The position numbers and the translations under genes are program-made. From Malacoraja senta (taxonomy: Eukaryota), in the NCBI GenBank assembly GCA_038087875.1, contig CM076000.1, positions 806,001 through 870,000 on the forward strand: a DNA stretch of 64,000 nt, read 5' to 3'. Shown piece by piece: positions 25,538 through 38,837 of the stretch. The notes under the pieces are model-generated. The model was not told the DNA's origin. It made no database searches and saw nothing but the letters and a program-made list of their open reading frames with translations. Within the stretch, counting starts at the first letter, position 1, and each line of letters starts with the position of its first letter.

Positions 25538-26447
25538 ATGTAGACAAAAGTGCTGGAGAAACTCAGCGGGTGCAGCAGCATCTATGGGGCGAAGGAAATA
25601 GGCAACGTTTCGGGCCGAAACCCTTCTTCAGACTGTTGTAGGGTGGGGGGGGGGGGGGCGGGGAGAAGAAAGGAAAAAGGAAGCGGAGGAGCCCGAGGGC
25701 TGAGGGAGAGCTGAGAAGGGGAGGAGACAGCAAGGGCTAACGGAAATTGGAGAATTCAATGTTTATGCCGCTAGGGTGCAGACTTCCCAAGCGGAATATG
25801 AGGTGATGCTCCTTCAATTTCCAGTGGTCCTCACTCTGGCCATGGAGGAGGCCCAGGACAGAGAGGTCGGATTCCGAATGGGAGGGGGAGTTGAAATGCT
25901 GAGCCACCGGGAGATCAGATTGGTTAATGCAGACCAAGCGGAGGTATTCGGCGAAACGATCGCCAAGCCTACGCTTGGTCTCACCGATGTAGATCAGCTG
26001 ACATCTAGAGCAGCGGATGCAATAGATGAGGTTGGAGGAGATGCAGGTGAACCTCTGTCGCACCTAGAACGACTGCTTGGGTCCTTGAATGGAGTCGAGG
26101 GGGGGGGGGGGTAAAGCGACAAGTGTAGCATCTCTTGCGGTTGCAAGGGAAAGTGCCCGGGGAGGGGGTGGTGCGGGAGGGAAGGGAAGAATTGACCAGA
26201 GAGTTATGGAGGGAGCGGTCTATGTGGAAAGCAGACAGGGGGGGAGATGGGAAGATGTGGCGAGTGATGGGGTCACGTTGGAGGTGGCGAAAATGACGGA
26301 GGACTATTTGTTGCATGTGATGGCTAGTGGGGTGAAAGGTGAGGACTAGGGGGACTCGGCCCTTGTTACGAGTGGGGGGATGGGGAGAGAGAGCAGTGTT
26401 ACGGGGTATGGAAGAGACCCTGGTGAGAGCCTCATCTATAGTAGGGG
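25538..26447 (-). mobile_element. Penelope GIY-YIG fragment, copy 2 (frameshift in G-run)
   Basis: ORFs 26005..26484 and 25737..26063. Confidence 0.88.
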
Positions 26448-29400
26448 AGGATTTTCCCAGTGAAAATTTTTCAAAACTCGGCACGTTTTATACCAGGGTG
26501 ATTACGTGGTGTGGCGCTCAAATGATGCACAAATGGTGCGTCGATGGCTTACGCGGCGATGCATGGTTACGGACGTTGACGCACCGTGACGCATAATAAA
26601 TTAGCATAGGCAATGATCGTGCGTCACCGTGCGTAACCATGCGTCACCACGCGCTACACGTACGCCATCAGTATGTCAGCGTACGCCATCAGTACGCAGT
26701 GTGCACAAGGGATACGCCACGCTGGTGGCGCGTGAGGATTTTGAACATTCCAAAATCCTGGGGCGATAGGGAAGCACCGCGCGTTACCGCGCGTCACTGC
26801 ATACGCCACCATGCCTCACCAGGCGCCACGCGCACGTCACGACGCGCCAACCAATTTTTAGGATGTCGCGTAAATAATGCGCAAATGACGCCCAAGTGGG
26901 ACAGGCCCTTTACGTATTTTTGTTAGGGCAAAGAGGTGGATGGCGTTATACATTAAACGTGACCTAATGGTAGAACAGGCTCTAAATAATATGGTTCTGT
27001 TCCCGTAAGTTACTGTTATACGATTAAAAACAGTAACTTACGGGAACCAAACTAAATTATTCAGAACCTGTTCTACCATTATGTAAGGTCAACACGTTGA
27101 GGAGATTTTGCGGTATGGAAGAGACTAGTAATTACATTACCAAAACATTGCAAAGCCTCAAGATACCAAGAAGAGAAAGTTTGCAGTAGCTGCTCAAAAC
27201 TAAAGCAATGCAATGCCATGCAACCTAAAACACATCTCTATTCTTGCAGAAAAATAAAATTCTGACTTTAGATCTTAGTTTAATTTAAAGAAATTCATGG
27301 TGGACATCACAAAAATGCCAACCCTTTCAATCGAAACAGCAACATATTAAATTTGTACATTATATTTATAAATTCTGCAAAACCAAGTCAGAGTAACAAA
27401 TATTCTAACATCCAAGAAAGTAGAGAAAAGCTATTTCCAAAGCTCCTCCTGTGATCTCATGGTATAGAAACATAGAAAAATAGGTGCAGGAGTAGGCCAT
27501 TCGGCCCTTCGAGCCAGCACCACCATTCAATATGATCATGGCTGATCATCTAAAATCAGTACCCCATTCCTGCTTTTTCCCCATATCCCTTGATTCTTTT
27601 AGGCCCCAATAGCGAAATCTAACTCTCTCTCTTGAAAACAGCTAGTGAATTGGTCTCCACTACCTTCTGTGTCAGAGAATTCCACAGATTCACAACTCTC
27701 TGGGTGAAGATGTTTTTCCTCATCTCAGTCCTAAGTGGCCTACCCCTTATACTTAAACTGTGACCCCTGGTTCTGGATTCCCTCAACATCGGGAACATTT
27801 TCCTGCATCTAGCCTGTCCAATCCTTTAAGAATTGTATATATTTCTATAAAATCTCCTCTCATCCATCTAAATTCCAGTGACTACAAGCCCAGTCGACCC
27901 ATTCTTTCATCATATGTCAGTCCCGCCATCTCGGGAACCTGGTAAACCTAAGCTGCACTCCCTCAATAGCAATAATGTCCTTCCTCAAATTAGGAGACCA
28001 AAATTGCACACAATACTCCAGGTGTGGTCGCACCAGGGCCCTGTACAACTGCAGTAGGACCTCCTTGCTCCTAAACTCAAATCCTCTCGCAATGAAGGCC
28101 AACATGCCATTTGCTTTCTCCACTGCTGCAGTACCTGCATGCTTACTTTCAGTGACTGATGTACACGCACGCCCAGGTCTCGTAGCACCACCCCTTTTTC
28201 TAATCTGACACCATTCAGATAATAATCTGCCTTTCTGTTCTTGCCACCAGGGTGAGGCAGTGAAAGGCTGCTTTTCACAGTTGAAGCTTGTGACTAGTTG
28301 TGTGCCACAGGGGCAGATGCTAGGTTCACTGTTATTCATCATACATATTAACGACATGGAAGAGAATGTAGTTGGCATGTTTGGTAAGTATGCTGATGAC
28401 ATCAAAATAGGTGGTACAGTGGACAGTGAAGTTCGTTATCCGAGAATACAACAGGATCTAGATCAACTGGAAAACAAGCCAAGGATAGGGAGATGGAATT
28501 TAACCCAGACAAGTATTGCATTCTGGCAAGTTAAACCAGGACAGGCATTACACAGTAAGTGGCAGGGGGTTGGAGAGTGTTGTAAAACAGAAAGATCTAG
28601 AGGTACAAGTACATAGCTCCTTGTAAATCAGAGATCTCCAAAACATCAACACATACAAAGATGCACTCCAAAAGCATCACCATTGACTAGCACGTCCACC
28701 ACCACCATCATAGTGCTGAGTGATGCTCTACCTAGAGCTTTTCATTGTACTACATCCAGATCCAGATCCAGAAATGGTGACACAGGTAGCCAGAATAATG
28801 AAGAGAGTGTTTGCTTGTTCAAGAGCCTTGATCATACAGGGCATACAGTACAAGGGTTGCAATGTCATGTTACAACTGTATAAAATGGTGGTAAAACCAC
28901 ACTTGAAGTATAACGTCCAGTCTGTTCATCCAGCTATAGGAAGAATGTCATTGAGCTGTGTAGAACAGATTCACAAGAATGTGACTGGGACTGGGGGCTT
29001 GAGTTATAAGGAGAGACTGGATAAATGGCAGCTTTATCCCGGAGGGTAGGAGGACCTTATAGTGGTATGTATAATCATGGGGCATAGATAAGAGAGTCAA
29101 ACTAGAGGACATAGATTCAAGGTGAGAGGGAAAAAAATGTAACGGAGAGTTGAGGGGCAACTTTTTCCACACAGAGGTGGTGTCAACGTGAAACAAGCTG
29201 CAAGGTGAAGTGGCAGAAATGGGTACAATTACAACATTTGAAAGACATTTGGACAGGTACATGGATAGAAAAAAATTAGAGAGATATGGGCTAAATGCAG
29301 GCAAATATGACTATCTTGTGTAGGCAACTTAGTCAGCATGGACAAGTTGTGCCAAGGGTCTATTTCCACACTTTATAACTGTAAGGCATTCTATACAAGC

Positions 29401-30447
29401 ATCTTCATCCAAATAGGACTTATCTGGAATTGAAGATAAGCTACCAACTCGAAGCAGGGAATGGATATGCACCAACTGAATTGGGATTAATACCGTCTTC
29501 AGTTTTTTTCCTACATTTACATTGCTTATTTGTTAGATGATGGAACAGAGATCTGTAAATCTGAGAAGAAAGTACACAATGGAAACTCATGGGCTAAATG
29601 GGAGGGCAAAGTTGTTGCAGATAAAGTCTCATCTGCCAAGCAGATATCTACCTGCACCCAAGAGTTACAGATGTGCACAAGATCAAAGGTTCAAGGTCAA
29701 AGTACAGACATTTCCAAAAGCAAGCAGACAGGTATTAAAAAGGGAAATTTAATTTTGGGTCTTCAGAAAGTCAAATATAGAAAAGCATCGAAACAGACTC
29801 TTTGCATCCATGCCGACCATCAATCACTTGTTTACATTCATCCTAATTTAATCCTTTAAAAAAAATTCTTCCCATATTTTCATCACCCCCCCATTATGTT
29901 CAGTTCAGGAAAGATATATCATTAAAAAACATAGTTAATATCATATCATTAAAAAACAGGTGTTAATCACTCAGCCTCTCAAGCATGCCTTGCCATTCCA
30001 TAAAACTATGTCTAATATTAGCTTGGAAAGGGGTATCAAAATGATACCAAGTTTAATAAAGTTATAACAAAATATACTATGGATTAGAATTTCACTCCTT
30101 TGACTATAAAACATTAAAATGGTGATCTTGTTAAGATGATTGAAAGATTTCAGAATTTTTTAAACTATATATTTCAGCAGCAGATTTCAGAATGAGGGAT
30201 ATAACACTTTGGTAATTCAAGATACCTAAATTAACTGTTGATGGTTAGTCCATTTAAAATATTAATGCAGAGACTTGTGTAATTTTGTTCGGGCAAAGAG
30301 GTAGATAGCGTTATACATTAAACTTGACCTAATTAAAAACTGGTAGAACAGGCTAATTTGGTTCTGTTCCCGCAAGTTACTGTTATATGATAAAAAACAG
30401 TAACTGACGGGAACCAAACTAAATTATACAGAACCTGTTCCACCAGT

Positions 30448-31356
30448 ATGTACACAAAAGTGCTGGAGAAACTCAGGGGGTGCAGCAGCATCTATGGAGC
30501 GAAGGAAATAGGCAACTTTTCGGGCCGAAACCCTTCTTCAGACTGTTGTGGGATGGGGGGGGGGTGGGGGGCGGGGAGAAGAAAGGAAAAAGGAAGTGGA
30601 GGAGCCCGAGGGCTGAGGGAGAGCTGAGAAGGGGAGGAGACAGCAAGGGCTACCGGAAATTGGAGAATTCAATGTTTATGCCGCTAGGGTGCAGACTTCC
30701 CAAGCGGAATATGAGGTGATTCTCCTCCAATTTCCAGTGGTGCTCACTCTGGCCATGGAGGAGGCCCAGGACAGAGAGGCCGGATTCGGAATGGGAGGGG
30801 GAGTTGAAATGCTGAGCCACCGGGAGATCAGATTGGTTAATGCGGACCAAGCGGAGGTGTTCGGCGAAACGATCGCCAAGCCTACGCTTGGTCTCACCGA
30901 TGTAGATCAGCTGACATCTAGAGCAGCGGATGCAATAGATGAGGTTGGAGGAGATGCAGGTGAACCTCTGTCGCACCTGGAACGACTGCTTGGGTCCTTG
31001 AATGGAGTCGAGGGGGGAGGTAAAGCGACAAGTGTAGCATCTCTTGCGGTTGCAAGAGAAAGTGCCCGGGGAGGGGGTGGTGCGGGAGGGAAGGAAAGAA
31101 TTGACCAGAGAGTTACGGAGGGAGCGGTCTATGCGGAAAGCAGACAGGGGGGGAGATGGGAAGATGTGGCGAGTGATGGGGTCACGTTGGAGGTGGCGAA
31201 ACTGATGGAGGACAATTTGTTGCATGTGATGGCTAGTGGGGTGAAAGGTGAGGACTAGGGGGACTCTGCCTTTGTTACGAGTGGGGGGATGGGGAGAGAG
31301 AGCAGTGTTACGGGGTATGGAAGAGACCCTGGTGAGAGCCTCATCTATAGTAGGGG
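30448..31356 (-). mobile_element. Penelope GIY-YIG fragment, copy 3 (frame open)
   Basis: ORF 30650..31393 with CxxxxCxxC, IY..YIGET..R..EH, GINIEF. Confidence 0.9.
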
Positions 31357-34300
31357 AGGATTTTCCCAGTGAAAAAATTTCAAAACTCGGCACGCTTTAT
31401 ACCCGGGTGATTACGTGGTGTGGCGCTCAAATGACGCACTAATGGTGCGTCGATGGCGTACGCGGCGATGCATGGTTACGGACGTTGACGCACCGTGACG
31501 CATAATAAATTAGCATAGGCAATGATCGTGCGGCACCGTGCGTAACCATGCGTCACCACGCGCTACACGTACGCCATCAGTACGTCAGCGTACGCCATCA
31601 GTACGCAGTGTGCACAAGGGATACGTCACGCTGTGGCGCGCGAGGATTTTGAACATTCCAAAATCCTGGGGCGATAGGGAAGCACCGCGCGTTACCGCGC
31701 GTCACTGCATACGCCACCACGCCTCACGAGGCGCCACGTGCACGTCACGATGCGCCAACCAGTTTTTAGGATGTCGCGTAAATAATGCGCAAATGACGCC
31801 CAAGTGGGACAGGCCCTTTACGTATTTTTGTTAGGGCAAAGAGGTGGATGGCGTTATACATTAAACGTGACCTAATGGTAGAACAGGCTCTAAATATTTT
31901 GGTTCTGTTCCCGTAAGTTACTGTTATACGATTAAAAACAGTAACTTACGGGAACCAAAATAAATTATTCAGAACCTGTTCTACCATTATGTAAGGTCAA
32001 CACGTTGAGGAGATTTCGCGGTATGGAAGAGACTAGTAATTACATTACCAAAACATTGCAAAGCCTCAAGATACCAAGAAGAGAAAGTTCTCAGTAGCTG
32101 CTCCAAACTAAAGCAATGCAATGCCATGCAACCTAAAACACATCTCTATTCTTGCAGAAAAATAAAATTCTGACTTTAGATCTTAGTTTAAATTAAAGAA
32201 ATTCATGGTGGACATCACAAAAATGCCAACCCTTTCAATCGAAACAGCAACATATTAAATTTGTACATTATATTTATAAATTCTGCAAAACCAAGTCAGA
32301 GTAACAAATATTCTAACATCCAAGAAAGTAGAGAAAAGCTATTTCCAAAGCTCCTCCTGTGATCTCAGGTTATAGAAACATAGAAAAATAGGTGCAGGAG
32401 TAGGCTTTTCGGCCCTTCGAGCCAGCACCATCATTCAATATGATCATGGCTGATCATCTAAAATCAGTACCCCATTCCTGCTTTTTCCCCATATCCCTTG
32501 ATTCTTTTAGGCCCCAATAGCTAAATCTAACTCTCTCTCTTGAAAACAGCTAGTGAATTGGTCTCCACTACCTTCTGTGACAGAGAATTCCACAGATTCA
32601 CAACTCTCTGGGTGAAGATGTTTTTCCTCATCTCAGTCCTAAGTGGCCTACCCCTTATACTTAAACTGTGACTCCTGGTTCTGGATTCCCTCAACATCGG
32701 GAACATTTTCCTGCATCTAGCCTGTCCAATCCTTTAAGAATTGTATATATTTCTATAAAATCTCCTCTCATCCATCTAAATTCCAGTGACTACAAGCCCA
32801 GTCGACCCATTCTTTCATCATATGTCAGTCCCGCCATCTCGGGAACCTGGTAAACCTAAGCTGCACTCCCTCAATAGCAATAATGTCCTTCCTCAAATTA
32901 GGAGACCAAAATTGCACACATTACTCCAGGTATGGTCGCACCAGGGCCCTGTACAACTGCAGTAGGACCTCCTTGCTCCTAAACTCAAATCCTCTCGCAA
33001 TGAAGGCCAACATGCCATTCGCTTTCTCCACTGCTGCAGTACCTGCATGCTTACTTTCAGTGACTGATGTACACGCACGCCCAGGTCTCGTAGCACCACC
33101 CCTTTTTCTAATCTGACACCATTCAGATAATAATCTGCCTTTCTGTTCTTGCCACCAGGGTGAGGCAGTGAAAGGCTGCTTTTCACAGTTGAAGCTTGTG
33201 ACTAGTTGTGTGCCACAGGGGCAGATGCTAGGTTCACTGTTATTCATCATACATATTAACGACATGGAAGAGAATGTAGTTGGCATGGTTGGTAAGTATG
33301 CTGATGACACCAAAATAGGTGGCACAGTGGACAGTGAAGTTCGTTATCCGAGATTACAATAGGATCTAGATCAACTGGAAAACAAGCCAAGGATAGGGAG
33401 ATGGAATTTAACCCAGACAAGTATTGCATTCTGGCAAGTTAAACCAGGACAGGCATTACACAGTAAGTGGCAGGGGGTTGGAGAGTGTTGTAAAACAGAA
33501 AGATCTAGAGGTACAAGTACATAGCTCCTTGTAAATCAGAGATCTCCAAAACATCAACACATACTAAGATGCACTCCAAAAGCATCACCATTGACTAGCA
33601 CGTCCACCACCACCATCATAGTGCTGAGTGATGCTCTACCTAGAGCTTTTCATCGTACTACATCCAGATCCAGATCCAGAAATGGTGACACAGGTAGCCA
33701 GAATAATGAAGAGAGTGTTTGCTTGTTCAAGAGCCTTGATCATACAGGGCATACAGTACAAGGGTTGCAATGTCATGTTACAACTGTATAAAATGGTGGT
33801 AAAACCACACTTGAAGTATAACGTCCAGTCTGTTCATCCAGCTATAGGAAGAATGTCATTGAGCTGTGTAGAACAGATTCACAAGAATGTGACTGGGACT
33901 GGGGGCTTGAGTTATAAGGAGAGACTGGATAAATGGCAGCTTTATCCCGGAGGGTAGGAGGACCTTATAGTGGTATGTATAATCATGGGGCATAGATAAG
34001 AGAGTCAAACTAGAGGACATAGATTCAAGGTGAGAGGGAAAAAAATGTAATGGAGAGTTGAGGGGCAACTTTTTCCACACAGAGGTGGTGTCAACGTGAA
34101 ACAAGCTGCAAGGTGAAGTGGCAGAAATGGGTACAATTACAACATTTGAAAGACATTTGGACAGGTACATGGATAGAAAAAAATTAGAGAGATATGGGCT
34201 AAATGCAGGCAAATATGACTATCTTGTGTAGGCAACTTAGTCAGCATGGACAAGTTGTGCCAAAGGGTCTATTTCCACACTTTATAACTGTAAGGCATTC

Positions 34301-35356
34301 TATACAAGCATCTTCATCCAAATAGGACTTATCTGGAATTGAAGACAAGCTACTAACTCGAAGCAGGGAATGGATATGCACCAACTGAATTGGGATTAAT
34401 ACCGTCTTCAGTTTTTTTCCTACATTTACATTGCTTATTTGTTAGATGATGGAACAGAGATCTGTAAATCTGAGTAGAAAGTACACAATGGAAACTCATG
34501 GGCTAAATGGGAGGGCAAAGTTGTTGCAGATAAAGTCTCATCTGCCAAGCAGATATCTACCTGCACCCAAGAGTTACAGATGTGCACAAGATCAAAGGTT
34601 CAAGGTCAAAGTACAGACATTTCCAAAAGCAAGCAGACAGGTATAAAAAAGGGAAATTTAATTTTGGGTCTTCAGAAAGTCAAATATAGAAAAGCATCGA
34701 AACAGGCTCTTTGCATCCATGCCGACCATCAATCACTTGTTTACATTCATCCTAATTTAATCCTTTAAAAAAAATTCTTCCCATATTTTCATCACCCCCC
34801 CCCCATTATGTTCAGTTCAGGAAAGATATATCATTAAAAAACATAGTTAATATCATATCATTAAAAAACATGTGTTAATCACTCAGCCTCTCAAGCATGC
34901 CTTGCCATTGCATAAAACTATGTCTAATATTAGCTTGGAAAGGGGTATCAAAATGATACCAAGTTTAATAAAGTTATAACAAAATATACTATGGATTAGA
35001 ATTTCACTCTGACTATAAAACATTAAAATGGTGATCTTGTTAAGATGATTGAAAGATTTCAGAATTTTTTAAACTATATATTTCAGCAGCAGATTTCAGA
35101 ATGAGGGATATAACACTTTGGTAATTCAAGATACCTAAATTAACTGTTGATGGTTAGTCCATTTAAAATATTAATGCTGAGACTTGTGTATTTTTGTTCG
35201 GGCAAAGAGGTAGATGGCGTTATACATTAAACGTGACCTAATTAAAAACTGGTAGAACAGGCTAATTTGGTTCTGTTCCCGCAAGTTACTGTTATATGAT
35301 AAAAAACAGTAACTGACGGGAACCAAACTAAATTATACAGTACCTGTTCCACCAGT

Positions 35357-36260
35357 ATGTAGACAAAAGTGCTGGAGAAACTCAGCGGGTGCAGCAGCAT
35401 CTATGGAGCGAAGGAAATAGGCAACGTTTCGGGCTGAAACCCTTCTTCAGACTGTTGTGGGGTGGGGGGGGGGGCCGGGGAGAAGAAAGGAAAAAGGAAG
35501 CGGAGGAGCCCGAGGGCTTTGGGAGAGCTGAGAAGGGGAGGAGACAGTAAGGGCTACCGGAAATTGGAGAATTCAATGTTTATGCCGCTAGGGTGCAGAC
35601 TTCCCAAGCGGAATATGAGGTGATGCTCCTCCAATTTCCAGTGGTGCTCACTCTGGCCATGGAGGAGGCCCAGGACAGAGAGGTCGGATTCAGAATGGGA
35701 GGGGGAGTTGAAATGCTGAGCCACCGGGAGATCAGATTGGTTAATGCGGACCAAGCGGAGGTGTTCGGCGAAACGATCGCCAAGCCTACGCTTGGTCACA
35801 CCGATGGAGATCAGCTGACATCTAGAGCAGCGGATGCAATAGATGAGGTTGGAGGAGATGCAGGTGAACCTCTGTCGCACCTGGAACGACTGCTTGGGTC
35901 CTTGAATGGAGTCGAGGGGGGAGGTAAAGCGACAAGTGTAGCATCTCTTGCGGTTGCAAGAGAAAGTGCCCGAGGAGGGGGTGGTGCGGGAGGGAAGGGA
36001 AGAATTGACCAGAGAGTTACGGAGGGAGCGGTCTATGCGGAAAGCAGACAGGGGGGGAGATGGGAAGATGTGGCGAGTGATGGGGTCACGTTGGAGGTGG
36101 CGAAAATGACGGTGGACTATTTGTTGCATGTGATGGCTAGTGGGGTGAAAGGTGAGGACTAGGGGGACTCTGCCCTTGTTACGAGTGCGGGGATGGGGAG
36201 AGAGAGCAGTGTTACGGGGTATGGAAGAGACCCTGGGGAGAGCCTCATCCATAGTAGGGG
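35357..36260 (-). mobile_element. Penelope GIY-YIG fragment, copy 4
   Basis: ORF 35554..36252; YIGET mutated to SIGVT. Confidence 0.88.
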
Positions 36261-36503
36261 AGGATTTTCCCAGTGAAAAATTTTCAAAACTCGGCGCCCT
36301 TTATACCCGGGTGATTACGTGGTGTGGCGCTCAAATGACGCACAAATGGCCAGCCGACGGCGTACGCGGTGATGCATGGTTATGGACGTTGACGCACGGT
36401 GACGCATAATAAATTAGCATAGGCAATGATCGTGCGTCACCGTGCGTAACCATGCGTCACCACGCGCTACACGTATGCCATCAGTACATCAGCGTATGCC
36501 ATC

Positions 36504-38438
36504 AGGTTAGGTACACAACAGTCACCCCACAATACTTTGATACATTAATATCGGAAGTACATCCATTCCTCTATAACACCACAATACAGTATTAATAGGT
36601 TCATCTTCATAGCACTGGGGAGCCATATTGGTCAGTACAGGTACGCCATTCCATAACACTGGGGAACTATACGGGTGGATATTGGTTTGTTATTACTAGT
36701 GTAACTGTACTAGTGGGAAGAGGGCTGAGAGTGTGTAACAATGGTAAGGATGGAGTATTGGTTTTCCTCTGTGGAACTCTGGCATCAAACAAGGGTGGTT
36801 ACAGGGCTGTTGCTGTGTACAAGTGGGGTACAGTCTGTAACTGCAGGTCTGTCATTACATAACAGTACTGTTACACAATACTGTTGAGTATAGGTCAGTC
36901 TTAGATTAATGTAGTTTTTAGTTTAGTTTAGAGATACAGCATGGAATCAGCCCCTTTGGCCCACAAAGTCCATGTCGACCATCACTTGTTCATAGTTTAA
37001 TGTTATTACAGAGAGTACATGGACAATGGGCTTCGTTTTATATTGTGAGTGATTTCATATATTTGGATTAGAAACATTGGATTTTAAAAATCTTTTTAGG
37101 GTTTTCTGTTTTCAGAAAGAACATAAAACATGCAACAGTACAGACAAGAAACAGGCCATCTCTTTGGCCCAAGATGTCTGTGCCAGACACGATGACAAAT
37201 TTAACCAATCCCTTCTGCCTGCACATGATCCATAGCCTTACATTCCCTGCATATCCATGTGCTAATCTAAAACCCATTAAATGCCTCTGTCGTATCTGCT
37301 TCCATCACCATCCCGGGCAGTGCATTCCAGCCACCCACCACTCTCTGCATGAAAATATTGCCCCACACATCTTCTTTAAAGTTCTCCACATTGTTTCCCT
37401 TAAGATCATACCTTCCCTATGTTAACTGCATCATTTTAAATTGTATTTTAAAAGACTACAATATAAGCATGTGCTTATAGCAAAATGAAATTCAATGTGG
37501 TGTTTAAGAACGTCTAAAAAAGGGTATTTAAATGGAGTGTCAAAGGCATGAGGATTGACAAGAGCAGGCCGGAGGACGTTGTTTACAATGACTTGATGTG
37601 TCTACAATGATGAGTGTGGAAGGTTAGATCACATGGGATCCAGGAGGAGTTGGCCATTTGGATACAATATTGGCTTGGTGATACACGTCACAGGGTGGGG
37701 CAGTGAAAGGCTGCTTTTCATAGTTGAAGCCTGTGACCAGTTGTGTGCCTCAGGGGCTGATGCTAGGTTCACTTTTATTCATCATACATATTATAATGAT
37801 TGAAAGATTTCAGAATTTTTTAATCTATATATTTCAGCAGCAGATTCCAGAATGAGGGATATAAACTTTAGTAATTCAAGATACCTAAATTAACTGTTGA
37901 TGGTTAGTCCATTTAAAATATTGATGCTGAGACTTACGTATTTTTGTTCGGGCAAAGAGGTGGATGGTGTTATACATCAACCATGACCTAATTAAACTGG
38001 TAGAACAGGCTCTGAATAATTTGCTTCTGTTCCCGTAAGTTACTGTCATACGATTAAAAACAGTAACTTACGGGAACCACACTTAATTATTCAGAACCTT
38101 GTCTACCAGTATGTAAGACTAATTACGTCAACAAAACATTACAAAGCCTCAAAATACCAAGAAGAAAAACTTCTCAGTACCTGCTCCAAACTAAAGCAGT
38201 ACAACGCCATGCAACCTAAAACACATCTCTATACCTGCAGAAAAATAAAATTCAGACTTTAGATCTTAGTTGAATTTAAAGCAATTCATGGTGGACCTTG
38301 CATCACAGAAAAGCCAAACATTTTAATTGAAACAGAAACATATTTAAATTGTACATTATATTTTTAAATTCTGCAAAATATTTATAAATATAGACTGGAT
38401 AAATGGCAGCTTTATCCCGGAGGGTAGGAGGACCTTAT
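36504..38438 (+). repeat. segmental duplication, copy 2 of 15001-16936
   Basis: Direct sequence comparison. Confidence 0.95.
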
Positions 38439-38837
38439 GTTTCTATACCATGTGATCTCATGGTATAGAAACATAGAAAAATAGGTGCAGTAGGCCATTC
38501 AGCCCTTCAAGCCAGCACCACCATTCAATATGACCATGGCTGATCATCTAAAATCAATACCCCATTCCTGCCTTTTCCCCATATCCCATGATTCTTTTAG
38601 GCCCTAAGAGCCAAATCTAACTCTCTCTCTTGGAAACATCTAGTGAATTGGCCTCCACTACCTTCTGTGGCAGAGAATTCCACAGATTCACAATGCTCTG
38701 GGTGAAGATGTTTTTCCTCATCTCAGTCCTAAGTGGCCTACCCTTTATACTTAAACTGTGACCCCTGGTTCTGGACTCCCTCAACATCGGGAACATTTTC
38801 CTGCATCTAGCCTGTCCAATCCTTTAAGGATTGTATA

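Larger units (their letters stand above)
17817..36503 (+). repeat. tandem macrosatellite-like array, ~4.9-kb unit (units start 17817, 21537, 26448, 31357, 36261)
   Basis: Anchor aggattttcccagtg recurs with periods 3720, 4911, 4909, 4904; the same ORF set recurs; the last unit is truncated at 36503. Confidence 0.96.

Noticed and set aside
30650..31393. 247-aa ORF as a new chimeric GIY-YIG nuclease gene (also 21037..21573 and 26005..26484)
   Set aside because: The start is a GTG inside the MITE across the duplication junction. Sister copies carry stops, frameshifts or a mutated YIG motif, consistent with neutral decay of a truncated Penelope.
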